Shown: positions 37,465-46,674 of the stretch, piece by piece
Layout: each line of letters begins with the position of its first letter
How positions within the stretch are numbered: position 1 is the stretch's first letter
NCBI GenBank assembly: GCA_049802395.1
Contig: JBARMK010000236.1
Location: forward strand, 2,635-66,634
DNA: 64,000 nt
Origin: Candidatus Angelobacter sp.
GTDB taxonomy: Bacteria; Acidobacteriota; Terriglobia; Terriglobales; Acidobacteriaceae
Direction: 5' to 3'
The notes under the pieces: model-generated
What the model was told of the DNA's origin: nothing
The model's input: the letters and a program-made list of their open reading frames with translations, nothing else
Databases searched by the model: none
Made by a program: the position numbers and the translations under genes

Positions 37465-37974
37465 ATGAGCGGTTTGGGATTGTCGCCCATCTCTTCCCCT
37501 GATCCACTACCCACAGCTACTGCGGCCGCGCAGGCCGAAATTGCTGGAGCTCTGCACAAAGGCGCCAACTGGCTGTTCCTGATTGGCGGTCTGTCTGTGG
37601 TCAATACCGTGAGCATCATAAGTGGCAGTCAGTGGATATTCCTCGGCGGCCTGGGTGTAACGGAGCTTGCCGCAGCCATCGGCATGCAATTCGGTACGCG
37701 AGGACAATTGGTTGGGCTGTTTGTGAATTTATGGGCGACCGCTTTCTTTGTTTGCCTCGGGTTCTTTGCCAGAAAAGGACAGAAATGGGCCTTTATCACC
37801 GGCATGACGCTCTACGCCGCCGATGTTCTGGCTGTTTTGGTAATTCAGCAATGGATCATGCTCCTTTTCCATGGCTTTGTTTTCTTCCGTCTTTATCAGG
37901 GCTTCTCCAGCTGCAATCAGCTTCATGCATTTGTAAAACGTAGCCCGTCTACCGGAGTTCCGATTCAACCCTGA
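37465..37974 (+). CDS. integral membrane protein, function unknown
   Basis: GGAGA RBS 7 nt upstream. Four to five hydrophobic helices. Confidence 0.65.
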   Translation: MSGLGLSPISSPDPLPTATAAAQAEIAGALHKGANWLFLIGGLSVVNTVSIISGSQWIFLGGLGVTELAAAIGMQFGTRGQLVGLFVNLWATAFFVCLGFFARKGQKWAFITGMTLYAADVLAVLVIQQWIMLLFHGFVFFRLYQGFSSCNQLHAFVKRSPSTGVPIQP

Positions 37975-38091
37975 CGGCCATCGCCCTGCAGTTCAGATCT
38001 GCTGCTTGTCTCCCGCTTTCATGCCTCTCGTGGCCTTGCCCGACCTCGCGGGCAAAGCGTATCGTGGACTTAATGCAGTGATGGAGGCGCG

Positions 38092-38676
38092 ATGACCAGA
38101 GCAGAATTAGATCGCAGAAAATTTTTGCAGATGGCAGCGGCCGCAGGGGCTGTCACCGTTTTTCCCAATGTGGAGTTCAGCCACGCGGCCACTGCCCAGG
38201 AAGCTGCTGGAGCGTTTACCCGGCCGGTGAATCTGCGCGTGAACGGCGCGTCAAAGCAGCTTGAAGTTGATACCCGCGCTACTCTGCTCGACACGCTGCG
38301 CGAGCAGCTCCAGATGTTTGGGACCAAAAAGGGCTGCGATCACGGCCAGTGCGGCGCCTGCACTGTACACGTGAACGGGCGGCGCGTGAACTCCTGTCTC
38401 ACCCTGGCGGCGATGCATGATGGCGATGAGATCACAACCATTGAAGGGCTGGCGCAGGGCGAGCAGCTTTCACCCATGCAGGCGGCCTTCGTGGAACATG
38501 ACGCATTTCAGTGCGGCTACTGCACCCCGGGCCAGATCATGTCCGCCACCGCGCTCCTCAAGGAACCTTGCGGCCCTTCCGACGACGATATTCGCGAGTG
38601 CATGAGCGGGAACATCTGCCGCTGCGGCGCTTATCCCAACATTGTGGCCGCAGTGAAATCTGTGCGGAAAGGCTGA
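38092..38676 (+). CDS. Tat-exported [2Fe-2S] small subunit of a xanthine-dehydrogenase-family oxidoreductase (PaoA-like)
   Basis: Twin-arginine motif DRRKFLQ. Cys clusters CDHGQCGACTV and CGYCTPG...CRCGAY. Confidence 0.9.
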   Translation: MTRAELDRRKFLQMAAAAGAVTVFPNVEFSHAATAQEAAGAFTRPVNLRVNGASKQLEVDTRATLLDTLREQLQMFGTKKGCDHGQCGACTVHVNGRRVNSCLTLAAMHDGDEITTIEGLAQGEQLSPMQAAFVEHDAFQCGYCTPGQIMSATALLKEPCGPSDDDIRECMSGNICRCGAYPNIVAAVKSVRKG

Positions 38677-38689
38677 CGGGAGAGACGCG

Positions 38690-39682
38690 ATGATACCTTT
38701 CGATTACGCAAAAGCCACGAATGAGAACGATGCCATGGACCGGGGCCGCGCTCCTAAAGCGGCGTTTGTGGCCGGCGGCACTACCTTGATCGACTTGATG
38801 AAGCTCAATGTGATGTTGCCGGCAATGCTGGTGGACATCAACGGCCTTCCGCTGGACAAAATTGAAACGCTCCCCGATGGCGGGCTGCGCGTTGGAGCGA
38901 TGGTCCGCAACAGCGACATGGCGCATCATGAGGCTGTGGTCAAGCGCTTTCCCGTGCTGTCCCAGGCGATTCTGGCCGGGGCGTCCGCACAGTTGCGCAA
39001 CATGGCTACCACGGGCGGCAACCTGATGCAGCGCACGCGCTGCTACTACTTCCGCGATACCGCCTACGCCTGCAACAAGCGGCAACCGGGTTCCGGCTGT
39101 TCCGCAATTGACGGATTCAATCGTATTCACGCGGTGCTGGGCGGAAGCGAGCATTGCATAGCCACCCATCCATCTGACATGGCAGTCGCTTTAGTCGCGC
39201 TCGATGCAGTGGTCCACATCAAGGGTGCAAACGGCGAGCGGAAAGTTGCGGCCGGAGACTTTCATCTGCTGCCCAAAGATACGCCACACCTTGAAACCGT
39301 GGTGCAGCCGGGAGAGCTGATCACCTACGTCACGATTCCCGCCAGCAAGTTCTCCGCGCGGTCAGCCTACGTGAAGTTGCGCGACCGCGCGTCGTATGAA
39401 TTTGCCTTGGCGTCTGCGGGAGCAGCGCTGGAACTCAGCGGCAACAAGATCCATGCAGCGCGGCTGGTTCTGGGCGGAGTCGCGACCAAGCCGTGGCGGT
39501 CGACGGAGGCCGAGCATGTGCTCACGGGCGCTACGGCCGATGAAAAAACCTTTCACGCGGCGGCTGAAGCGGCAATGAAGTCCGCCAAGGCGCACCGCTA
39601 TAACGGATACAAAATCGAGCTGGCCAAGCGTGCCATTGTGCGCGCTCTGGCCGGCGCCGCGCAGTCCAGGGCGGAGGGATAA
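38690..39682 (+). CDS. FAD-binding medium subunit (PaoB-like)
   Basis: FAD-binding AGGTTLIDLMK. The Cys-rich insert CYYFRDTAYACNKRQPGSGCSA is as I recall for the PaoB [4Fe-4S] site. Confidence 0.88.
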   Translation: MIPFDYAKATNENDAMDRGRAPKAAFVAGGTTLIDLMKLNVMLPAMLVDINGLPLDKIETLPDGGLRVGAMVRNSDMAHHEAVVKRFPVLSQAILAGASAQLRNMATTGGNLMQRTRCYYFRDTAYACNKRQPGSGCSAIDGFNRIHAVLGGSEHCIATHPSDMAVALVALDAVVHIKGANGERKVAAGDFHLLPKDTPHLETVVQPGELITYVTIPASKFSARSAYVKLRDRASYEFALASAGAALELSGNKIHAARLVLGGVATKPWRSTEAEHVLTGATADEKTFHAAAEAAMKSAKAHRYNGYKIELAKRAIVRALAGAAQSRAEG

Positions 39683-39685
39683 GCG

Positions 39686-41905
39686 ATGAGCACAGCCATA
39701 GGTTCTTCCATCAGCAGAAAAGACGGACATCTCAAAGTTACCGGGCAGGCACGCTATGCCGCAGACCATCCCATGAAGAACGTTGCGCACGCGGTGGCCG
39801 TTTGCAGCACTATTGCCAATGGCCGCATCGCGGGGATTGATAGCTCGGCCGCGGAGAAGACGCCAGGCTTTCTGGCAATCCTGCACGATGGCAACGCGCC
39901 CAAACTGTACCGGCCGGTGAACAATTTCATGTCCGCCTCCAAGCCGGGTGAGATTCGCGTGGTCTTTGAAGATGACAAAGTCCATTACGCCGGACAGTAT
40001 CTTGCTGTCGTGGTTGCAGAGACGCTCCAGCAGGCGCAGCACGCAGCCAGCCTGGTGAAGATCAGCTATCAGGCCGCGCCTCCGCTGGTGGAAACCGAGC
40101 AGGCGATGAGCACGGTTTACGATCCTTCAGAATTTTTTGGCGAGAAATTGAAGGCACAGCGCGGCGATCCTGTGGCGGCGTTCAAGAGCGCAGAGATTAA
40201 GCACGAAGGCGAATACATCACGCCGAACGAGCACCATAACCCAATGGAGCCTTCCGCTTCCATGGCGGATTGGGACGGTGACCAGCTCACGCTCTGGGAG
40301 ACAACGCAGTGGGTGGTGGGAGCGCGGAACACCGTGGCGGAGACGCTGGGCATTTCCGAAGAGAAGGTGCACATCATATCGCCGTTTATCGGCGGTGGCT
40401 TTGGCTGCAAGGGATTCATCTGGCCGCATTCGGTGCTGAGCGCCATTTCAGCGAAGAAAGTCGGCCGCCCGGTAAAGCTCAACCTGACGCGCAAGCAGAT
40501 GTTCAGCGGTTGCGGGCATCGCTCTGAGACGCGGCAGAAAGTGAGCCTGGGCGCGGCCAAAGACGGCAAATTGACTTCAATCCAGCATGACACTCTCGTC
40601 CAGACTTCGACGGTGGACGAATTTGTGGAGTCGTGCGGAAATACCAGCCGTTTTCTCTATAGCTGCCCGAACATGAGCATTGCGCACCACGCGGTGCGGG
40701 TGAACATCGCCACACCCACGCCGATGCGCGCGCCGGGAGAAAATCCGGGGCTGTTCGCGACGGAGTCAGCGATGGATGAGCTGGCTTACAAGTTGAACAT
40801 GGATCCGGTGCAGTTGCGCATTGTCAACCACTCAGACAAGAACGAGCACACAAACCAGCCGTGGTCGAGCAAGTATCTGAAAGAGTGCTACCAATTGGCA
40901 GCCGATAAATTCGGCTGGGCCAAGCGTGATCCCAAGCCACGCTCCATGCGCGATGGAAATTATCTCGTCGGGTGGGGCATGGCCACGGCAACCTATCCCG
41001 GCATGCGCAGTCCGGGCGCGGCGAAGGTGCGGATTCTGCAGGATGGCTCCGCACAGGTGATCAGCGCCACCCAGGATATGGGCGGCGGAACGTACACCAC
41101 CATGACTCAGGTGGTTGCCGATGTGACTGGGATTCCAATGGAGAGGATCCACCCTGAGCTGGGCGATAGCCACATGCCTCCTGCGCCGGTCTCTGGTGGA
41201 TCGATGACCACTGCCAGCGTTTTACCTGCGGTGAAGCAGGCGGCGGAAGAAGCCCTTAAAAAAATTGTTCAGGTTGCGATCGCCGATGAGAAGTCATCGC
41301 TGCACGGCAAGAAAGAAGATGAAGTCGTGGCCGCAAACGGCAAAGTCTTCCTGAAGGGCTCAGATCCGGCGTCGGGCATTGCTTACGGCCAGGTACTGGC
41401 GGCAAAAAACCAGGCCGCGGTAGAAGGTGAGAGCTTTATGGCCCCGGGCAAGGAGCGCGAGAAATATGCCTTCCAGTCGTGGGGAGCGCAGTTTGTTGAA
41501 GTAAAAGTCGATCCTGAAATTGCCAAAGTAACCGTTTCACGTGTGGTCAGCGCATTTGACATCGGAAAAGTTATCAATCGCAAGACCGTGGAGAGCCAGG
41601 CGTACAGTGGCATCATCATGGGCGTGGGCATGGCGCTGATGGAGCATACCGTTTATGACCAGCGCGACGGCGGAATCGTCAACAGCAACCTGGCGGATTA
41701 CGCGGTGCCAGTGAATGCCGACATTCATTCCATTGAGGTGCATTTCATTGACAAGCCCGATCCGTACATTGATCCGTTCATCGGCGCGCGCGGCGCAGGG
41801 GAGATTACGGTGACGGGAGTCGCCCCGGCGATTGCAAACGCGATTTATCACGCAACCGGCAAGCGCTTGCGCGAACTGCCCATTACGCCGGACAAGCTGC
41901 TATAG
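39686..41905 (+). CDS. molybdopterin-binding large subunit (PaoC-like aldehyde oxidoreductase)
   Basis: 739 aa. Typical a/b-hammerhead and Moco-binding segments (GGGFG, RAPGENPG, GARGAGE). Confidence 0.92.
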   Translation: MSTAIGSSISRKDGHLKVTGQARYAADHPMKNVAHAVAVCSTIANGRIAGIDSSAAEKTPGFLAILHDGNAPKLYRPVNNFMSASKPGEIRVVFEDDKVHYAGQYLAVVVAETLQQAQHAASLVKISYQAAPPLVETEQAMSTVYDPSEFFGEKLKAQRGDPVAAFKSAEIKHEGEYITPNEHHNPMEPSASMADWDGDQLTLWETTQWVVGARNTVAETLGISEEKVHIISPFIGGGFGCKGFIWPHSVLSAISAKKVGRPVKLNLTRKQMFSGCGHRSETRQKVSLGAAKDGKLTSIQHDTLVQTSTVDEFVESCGNTSRFLYSCPNMSIAHHAVRVNIATPTPMRAPGENPGLFATESAMDELAYKLNMDPVQLRIVNHSDKNEHTNQPWSSKYLKECYQLAADKFGWAKRDPKPRSMRDGNYLVGWGMATATYPGMRSPGAAKVRILQDGSAQVISATQDMGGGTYTTMTQVVADVTGIPMERIHPELGDSHMPPAPVSGGSMTTASVLPAVKQAAEEALKKIVQVAIADEKSSLHGKKEDEVVAANGKVFLKGSDPASGIAYGQVLAAKNQAAVEGESFMAPGKEREKYAFQSWGAQFVEVKVDPEIAKVTVSRVVSAFDIGKVINRKTVESQAYSGIIMGVGMALMEHTVYDQRDGGIVNSNLADYAVPVNADIHSIEVHFIDKPDPYIDPFIGARGAGEITVTGVAPAIANAIYHATGKRLRELPITPDKLL

Positions 41906-41932
41906 CAGCGGCCGTTAATTAATTGTTTGGCG

Positions 41933-42355
41933 TTAAGGGCAGGTCAGCTGCGCCATGCCTGCCACGTTCATGCTGTTCATGCTTATTTGTGCCACAGGCA
42001 TATTTGGATCCATCGGCGCTGTGGCCTGCACTGCGATCATTCCAATAAAACCAGAACACTGCGCGACGCCATTGGCATCAATGCTTACACCCGCCGGAAC
42101 CGGCTGCGTGGAAAATGGGTTTCCCAGAGACCAGAGCACGGGCGTACTGGCGGTCATGGGAGCCATGTTGAAGTTTCCCATGGCGCTAAAGTGGACCATG
42201 CCGCTCGAGCTTTTAGCGTCGACCATGGCGGGGGATACAGTAATACTTTGCAGTTGGCGACCGGACATCATCATGGAACTGCCGCCACACGAAATCACCG
42301 TGAAGAGTAGAGCGGCAACTGCCAAAGCCAGTAGCAGAGCCGATAATCTGCGCAT
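41933..42355 (-). CDS. small lipoprotein, possibly Ig-like fold
   Basis: ATG 42355. Lipobox FTVISCGG. SITVSP...DANGVAQC pattern. Confidence 0.6.
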   Translation of the reverse strand: MRRLSALLLALAVAALLFTVISCGGSSMMMSGRQLQSITVSPAMVDAKSSSGMVHFSAMGNFNMAPMTASTPVLWSLGNPFSTQPVPAGVSIDANGVAQCSGFIGMIAVQATAPMDPNMPVAQISMNSMNVAGMAQLTCP

Positions 42356-42482
42356 AGACACCTCCAAAAAAATCAAGCCGTGAAGGGCAAGAGATAGCGC
42401 GAGAGAGCGTAAAAGTACGCCTAAATAATGCTACTCCTTCTCTGCGGGGAAGTGAACCTGTACGACAAATCCAGTGAACCTG

Positions 42483-43970
42483 CTAGATCGTGGCGTTGGG
42501 CTTGGCCATGCCGAGCAGGATCTGGAACAGCAGGAGCCAGCGCTTAAGATTTGCGGTGATCAGGAAATTCTGCCGGGCATGCTCGTGTCCATTCTTGCCG
42601 ATTTGCGCCGCAAATTCCGGATGCGTGAGCAGATACCGGATCTGGTAGGCGCAACCTTCTACCGAATGCACCAGCACGCCGGTTAGTTTATGAATGATCT
42701 GCGTGGGAATGCCGCCCACAGCGCCGGCAACCACCGGCTTCGCCTTCCAAAGCCCTTCCGTGACGGTAAGACCAAAGCCTTCTTTGAGTGACTTCTGCAC
42801 AAGCACGGTTGAAGCGCGTTGCAGCGCATTGATTTCCAGCGCCGACCAAGGCGGCAGGTTCAGAATGATCACGTCGGGATCGTCGCCCGCTGCCTCGATC
42901 ACTTCCTGCAGAACGACCGCGCCTTCCGGGTCGTCAGTGGCGCCGCCACCGGCCAGCACAAGTTGGCAATCAACGTATTTCTTCACCAGTTTGTACGCCT
43001 CAATCACTCCCACTGGGTCCTTGAGACGGTCAAAGCGGGAAATCTGGGTGATGACCGGGCGGGAACGGTCGATGCCGAAGTCGTCACAGACTTTGCTGAT
43101 GTATTCCTCAGGGAGTTCACGGTTCTTTTCCGATAGCGGATCGATCGAGGGATAAAAAAGATATTGCGGTATGGATAGCCGGCGCGTAAAGGCGGGCGCG
43201 GAGAAAATCGCGGCATCATATTGCTCGACCATCGGTTTCAAAAAATCCCAAACGCCCGGATGCGGGTTGGAAAGATCGATGTGGCATCGCCAGATCCAGC
43301 GGCCTCGGCTCTCTGACCTGGAGCGAATCAAGCCCGCCGGCTGAGGATCATGGATAACGAACAGGTCCTCGGCGAACTCCATGCGCTGGCGGTTCTGCTC
43401 AGTGAAAGACATGAAAATGTCTTTGATCTGCTGGGTCAGGTTGTATTCGCCGCCATGCAGCGCGTTGTGAAAGCCCTTGGTGACCTCAAAAAAATCGTTG
43501 CCGCCGGTGATCACGTCCCAGCGAGTGGGGATTTCCAGTTCATTCAGCAACGGAATCAGGCGGTTCAGAATTTCCGCCACGCCGCCGCCGACGGCGGTGG
43601 AATTCACCATCTTGACGGTCTTGCCGCGCAGATGTCGGGCCAGAAAGCGGACTTCATCCAGCTCCGGCTTGCCAATAATGGGTTCGTAATCGTCAATTTG
43701 TGGAGGCGCCGGCGGAGGAGGCTGTTCCGTGCTGATGCGCGGGTTCCTGCGGCGCTCAATAAAATGCGCCGGAAGATCGGTCTGGCGGAATCGGCGCTCT
43801 TTTGGCCCGGACGGAACTGGCGCAGCGGGCACTTCTACCGGTGCGGGGCCTTCCACTATCGCGACTCCGGCCGGCCGTTCCAGGTTTTTTTCTGGCGCCT
43901 TGTTTTCCTTCACTGCACTTGCCGGTTTCACTGCACTTGCCGGTTTGCGCTCCGGATTTTTCTCTTTCAT
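42483..43970 (-). CDS. treT: trehalose glycosyltransferring synthase (TreT-type GT4) with ~90-aa low-complexity N-terminal extension
   Basis: Strings shared with archaeal TreT as I recall it: VNSTAVGGGVAEIL, FHNALHG, WRCHIDLS, PSIDPLSEKN, ITQISRFD, DDPEG, NALQRAS, EGFGLTVTEGLWK. Confidence 0.82.
   Translation of the reverse strand: MKEKNPERKPASAVKPASAVKENKAPEKNLERPAGVAIVEGPAPVEVPAAPVPSGPKERRFRQTDLPAHFIERRRNPRISTEQPPPPAPPQIDDYEPIIGKPELDEVRFLARHLRGKTVKMVNSTAVGGGVAEILNRLIPLLNELEIPTRWDVITGGNDFFEVTKGFHNALHGGEYNLTQQIKDIFMSFTEQNRQRMEFAEDLFVIHDPQPAGLIRSRSESRGRWIWRCHIDLSNPHPGVWDFLKPMVEQYDAAIFSAPAFTRRLSIPQYLFYPSIDPLSEKNRELPEEYISKVCDDFGIDRSRPVITQISRFDRLKDPVGVIEAYKLVKKYVDCQLVLAGGGATDDPEGAVVLQEVIEAAGDDPDVIILNLPPWSALEINALQRASTVLVQKSLKEGFGLTVTEGLWKAKPVVAGAVGGIPTQIIHKLTGVLVHSVEGCAYQIRYLLTHPEFAAQIGKNGHEHARQNFLITANLKRWLLLFQILLGMAKPNATI
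43911..43946. repeat. perfect 18-bp tandem duplication CACTGCACTTGCCGGTTT x2 inside the treT 5' extension (encodes KPASAV KPASAV)
   Basis: Read from sequence; in frame. Confidence 0.95.
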
Positions 43971-44024
43971 CGAGTGGTCTCCAGGGGCCTCATTCTTGAG
44001 TAACGCGGGGACATGCGCCCCAAA

Positions 44025-44717
44025 TCAGGCACGGCCGATTTCAAATTCGATAATTTTCAGGATGTTGCGACGCACCCCCTCCAGCGTTGAGGTATAGATA
44101 TCGATGCGATTAACACGGTCAGCCGGCTGCCGCAAATCCAGCTCATGCTCCAGCCAGACGGAAAAGTCATTGGTGTTGAGTTTGAGGCGGAGACGGGCGT
44201 CAATGAAGTGGTAATAGATGGCATGGATGCTCACCTGGCGCAGGCCATCGGCAAACTCCTCAAGGTTGCGCGCGACATACGGGGTGGGCACCACTACCAA
44301 GTCTGAAGCCATCAGGTAGAAAGGCTCCATGGCAGTACGCGTGGTTGCGCGCGGGTTCTTTTGTAGATAGGTTTCAATGATGTGAATGAGGCGTTCGCGC
44401 AGCATGGCAATGGAGGTAAATTCGCGAACGTCGATATTGGCAAGCCATTCGGCCAGCTCCACTTCATTGCAGGCAGCGAAAGCCCAGTGAGAAAAATCGT
44501 TGGAAAAACCTTCGCTAATGAAATGATGCTCTTCCAGTGTCTGGAACGTGTGCTGAAAGATGGAAGACTCCGGACAGCCCCGCAGGGCTTCCAACAGCTC
44601 AAGCAGGTTGGTGGCTTTCTCTCGGCCGATTCGGAGCAAGTGAGAAGCGGAATTGAAGTAAAAGGGCGAACGTGCCCAGCGTGGACGAGTTGAAGGCAAC
44701 TGGGGTGCAGTAGCCAT
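44025..44717 (-). CDS. conserved hypothetical protein upstream of treT
   Basis: 230 aa with a GAGGAG RBS. There is a 54-nt gap to treT on the same strand. I can make no confident family assignment. Confidence 0.7.
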   Translation of the reverse strand: MATAPQLPSTRPRWARSPFYFNSASHLLRIGREKATNLLELLEALRGCPESSIFQHTFQTLEEHHFISEGFSNDFSHWAFAACNEVELAEWLANIDVREFTSIAMLRERLIHIIETYLQKNPRATTRTAMEPFYLMASDLVVVPTPYVARNLEEFADGLRQVSIHAIYYHFIDARLRLKLNTNDFSVWLEHELDLRQPADRVNRIDIYTSTLEGVRRNILKIIEFEIGRA

Positions 44718-44806
44718 GAGAGCTCCTCATTTCCGTCGGGCACACCCGATTCGCTGTTCCTGAGAGTGTTAGGATGCCGGGCTTGCAAACACTGTTGCGT
44801 GCCGCT

Positions 44807-45181
44807 TTACCGTCGGATGCCGGAGGTTGGTGGTGCGAACAGAAGTGAAAACGCGATGCCGATCAACAGCATCCAGCCAAGATTGCTGCGAGCCCCCTCA
44901 TTGGCCACGCGCATGCTTTCCATGGGGCCAAAGAGCAGTCCCGCGAAAACCAGCGTCGCCATTACCGTGCCCAGAATGCCGGCACGGGCGCCAAAAAATC
45001 CGGCGATAAGCAGCAATACCACGGTGAAAACCAGCGGGACCTGGTTTTTCCAGGAGTGCCCCTGGGACAGGACGCTCGCGCCCGCGGCGGCAATCACGCA
45101 GAGCACTCCCCCCAGGGCCATATCTAAAATCCGGCGGGTGCTCAGCTTCTCTGCGGCTGTTTTTAGCCCCGTTTTATGCAT
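44807..45181 (-). CDS. DUF4118-like (KdpD-type transmembrane) membrane protein
   Basis: ATG 45181. Four helices with the FGARAGILGTVMATLVFAGLLF..P pattern. First gene of the treT-oriented run. Confidence 0.6.
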   Translation of the reverse strand: MHKTGLKTAAEKLSTRRILDMALGGVLCVIAAAGASVLSQGHSWKNQVPLVFTVVLLLIAGFFGARAGILGTVMATLVFAGLLFGPMESMRVANEGARSNLGWMLLIGIAFSLLFAPPTSGIRR

Positions 45182-45348
45182 GAATTCGGTCAACTGCAAG
45201 CGCGTTTCTCCACTGAATGTAGGATGACAGAACTGAGGGTTGCTGTGGGAAAAATCGAGAGCTGGACCATCGGCTGGCCATAGAAAACCTGCTGAACGCG
45301 GGAAACTGCAAGGCATATTGGAGCATCCAGTGGCGCTGTTATGCTGAT

Positions 45349-45401
45349 TTAAATCCAGCTACTCTGGATTTAACTGGCTAAAACGCATCTTAAGGATTTA
45401 A
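45349..45401. promoter_or_regulatory. candidate operator: perfect 10-bp inverted repeat TTAAATCCAG-5 nt-CTGGATTTAA plus a third GGATTTAA half-site
   Basis: IR at 45349-45373 and third half-site at 45394-45401. It lies in the divergent region between the DUF4118 gene and the CPA2 antiporter. Confidence 0.4.
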
Positions 45402-45436
45402 GGTTTCGCCCGGGCCCCTTCAACAATCTGAGTGCA

Positions 45437-46630
45437 ATGCATACTGCTGATCCATTTCTTTTTCAGCTTTTCTTTATTTTTGTCTGGGCCAAACTTTTTG
45501 GTGAAGTCTTTGAACGGCTGCGCCTACCTGCCGTCTTAGGCGAGATCCTGGCCGGAGTGGTAGTGGGGCCATACGGCGCCGGCCTGGTGGTTCCCACCGA
45601 TGCTATCTACGCTATTGCCGGCATTGGCGCCATCTTTCTCCTCTTTACCGTTGGATTGGAGACCCAGCCAAAAGACCTGATCAGCGTGGGCCCGACCTCG
45701 CTCAATGTGGCGCTGGCCGGGATTGCCGTGCCATTTCTTTTCGGCATCGCTTACATGCTGCTGCGTCATCACCCGGCACATGAGGCTGTTTTCGTCGCCG
45801 CCGCCATGGTGGCTACCAGCGTCGGCATTACAGCGCGCGTGTTGGGAGATATGCATTTGCTCCAAACCGTTCCGGCCCGGATCATCCTGGGCGCGGCGGT
45901 ATTTGACGACGTTCTGGGAATGATTGTGCTGGCCGTGGTAGTGGGACTGGTTTCTTCCACCGGATTGGAGTGGGCCCAGCTTCTGGTCACCGCAATCGAA
46001 GCCATAGGCTTCGCGCTAATCATGATGTTTTACGCTCCCCGTGTGGTGAAACGCATGGAGCCAGGGATGGAGCGCATGTCCACGCAGGACGCGCCACTAA
46101 TTATTGCGCTGGCCATCTGCCTGGGACTCTCGTACGCCGCAGTGAAAATCGGTATGGCGGCTATCATCGGCGCGTTCTTTGCCTGATTGGCCTTTTCTGA
46201 ATACTCGCCGCGATGGAACCTGCGGTCGCGCGTGTTCTCCATCAACGAATTTCTGGCGCCGTTTTTCTTTTTTAGCATGGGCGCGCGCCTGAACATCTCA
46301 GTCTTTGACCGCAAACTGATTGTCTCAGCCGCCGTCGTTTCCTTGTTGGCGATTATTTCCAAGCTGGTCGGCTGCGGCCTGCCGGTTTTGCATTCCGGCT
46401 GGAAGACAGCATTGAAGGTCGGGATTGGCATGGTGCCGCGCGGAGAGGTGGGACTGGTCGTCGCGCTGGTGGGGCTGCAGATGAATATTGTTTCCGAATC
46501 GGCATACGCCCTGGTCATCGTTATGACGGGAATCACTACGCTAGTAGCTGCGCCGATGATGAGGATTGTGTTCCGCGAAGACATGGTGCTGGAACCCACG
46601 CTGGTGGAACGAAGACGAACCGCCATGTAG
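45437..46630 (+). pseudogene. CPA2-family cation:proton antiporter interrupted by a single in-frame TGA (46184-46186)
   Basis: The two track ORFs 45437..46186 and 46187..46630 are in the same frame. Read-through gives IIGAFFA-x-LAFSEYSP, matching the conserved GAFLAG..SES segment with TGA at the Gly position. Confidence 0.7.
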
Positions 46631-46674
46631 GTATAATTCGCAGTTACTCTACCCCCAAGGAGAACAAGCACTCA

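Noticed and set aside
38092-41905. PaoABC-like oxidoreductase as a novel system
   Set aside because: The subunit order, Tat signal and cofactor motifs match the known periplasmic aldehyde oxidoreductase type. It is ordinary, apart from the lack of an adjacent maturation chaperone gene.
42451-42482. 10-nt direct repeat AGTGAACCTG (42451-42460 and 42473-42482) after the treT stop
   Set aside because: It is a single short pair with no supporting structure or context, and could arise by chance.
46184-46186. In-frame TGA as selenocysteine or glycine recoding
   Set aside because: The aligned position is a structural Gly in a transmembrane helix. I saw no SECIS-like hairpin downstream. TGA terminates many other genes in the window.
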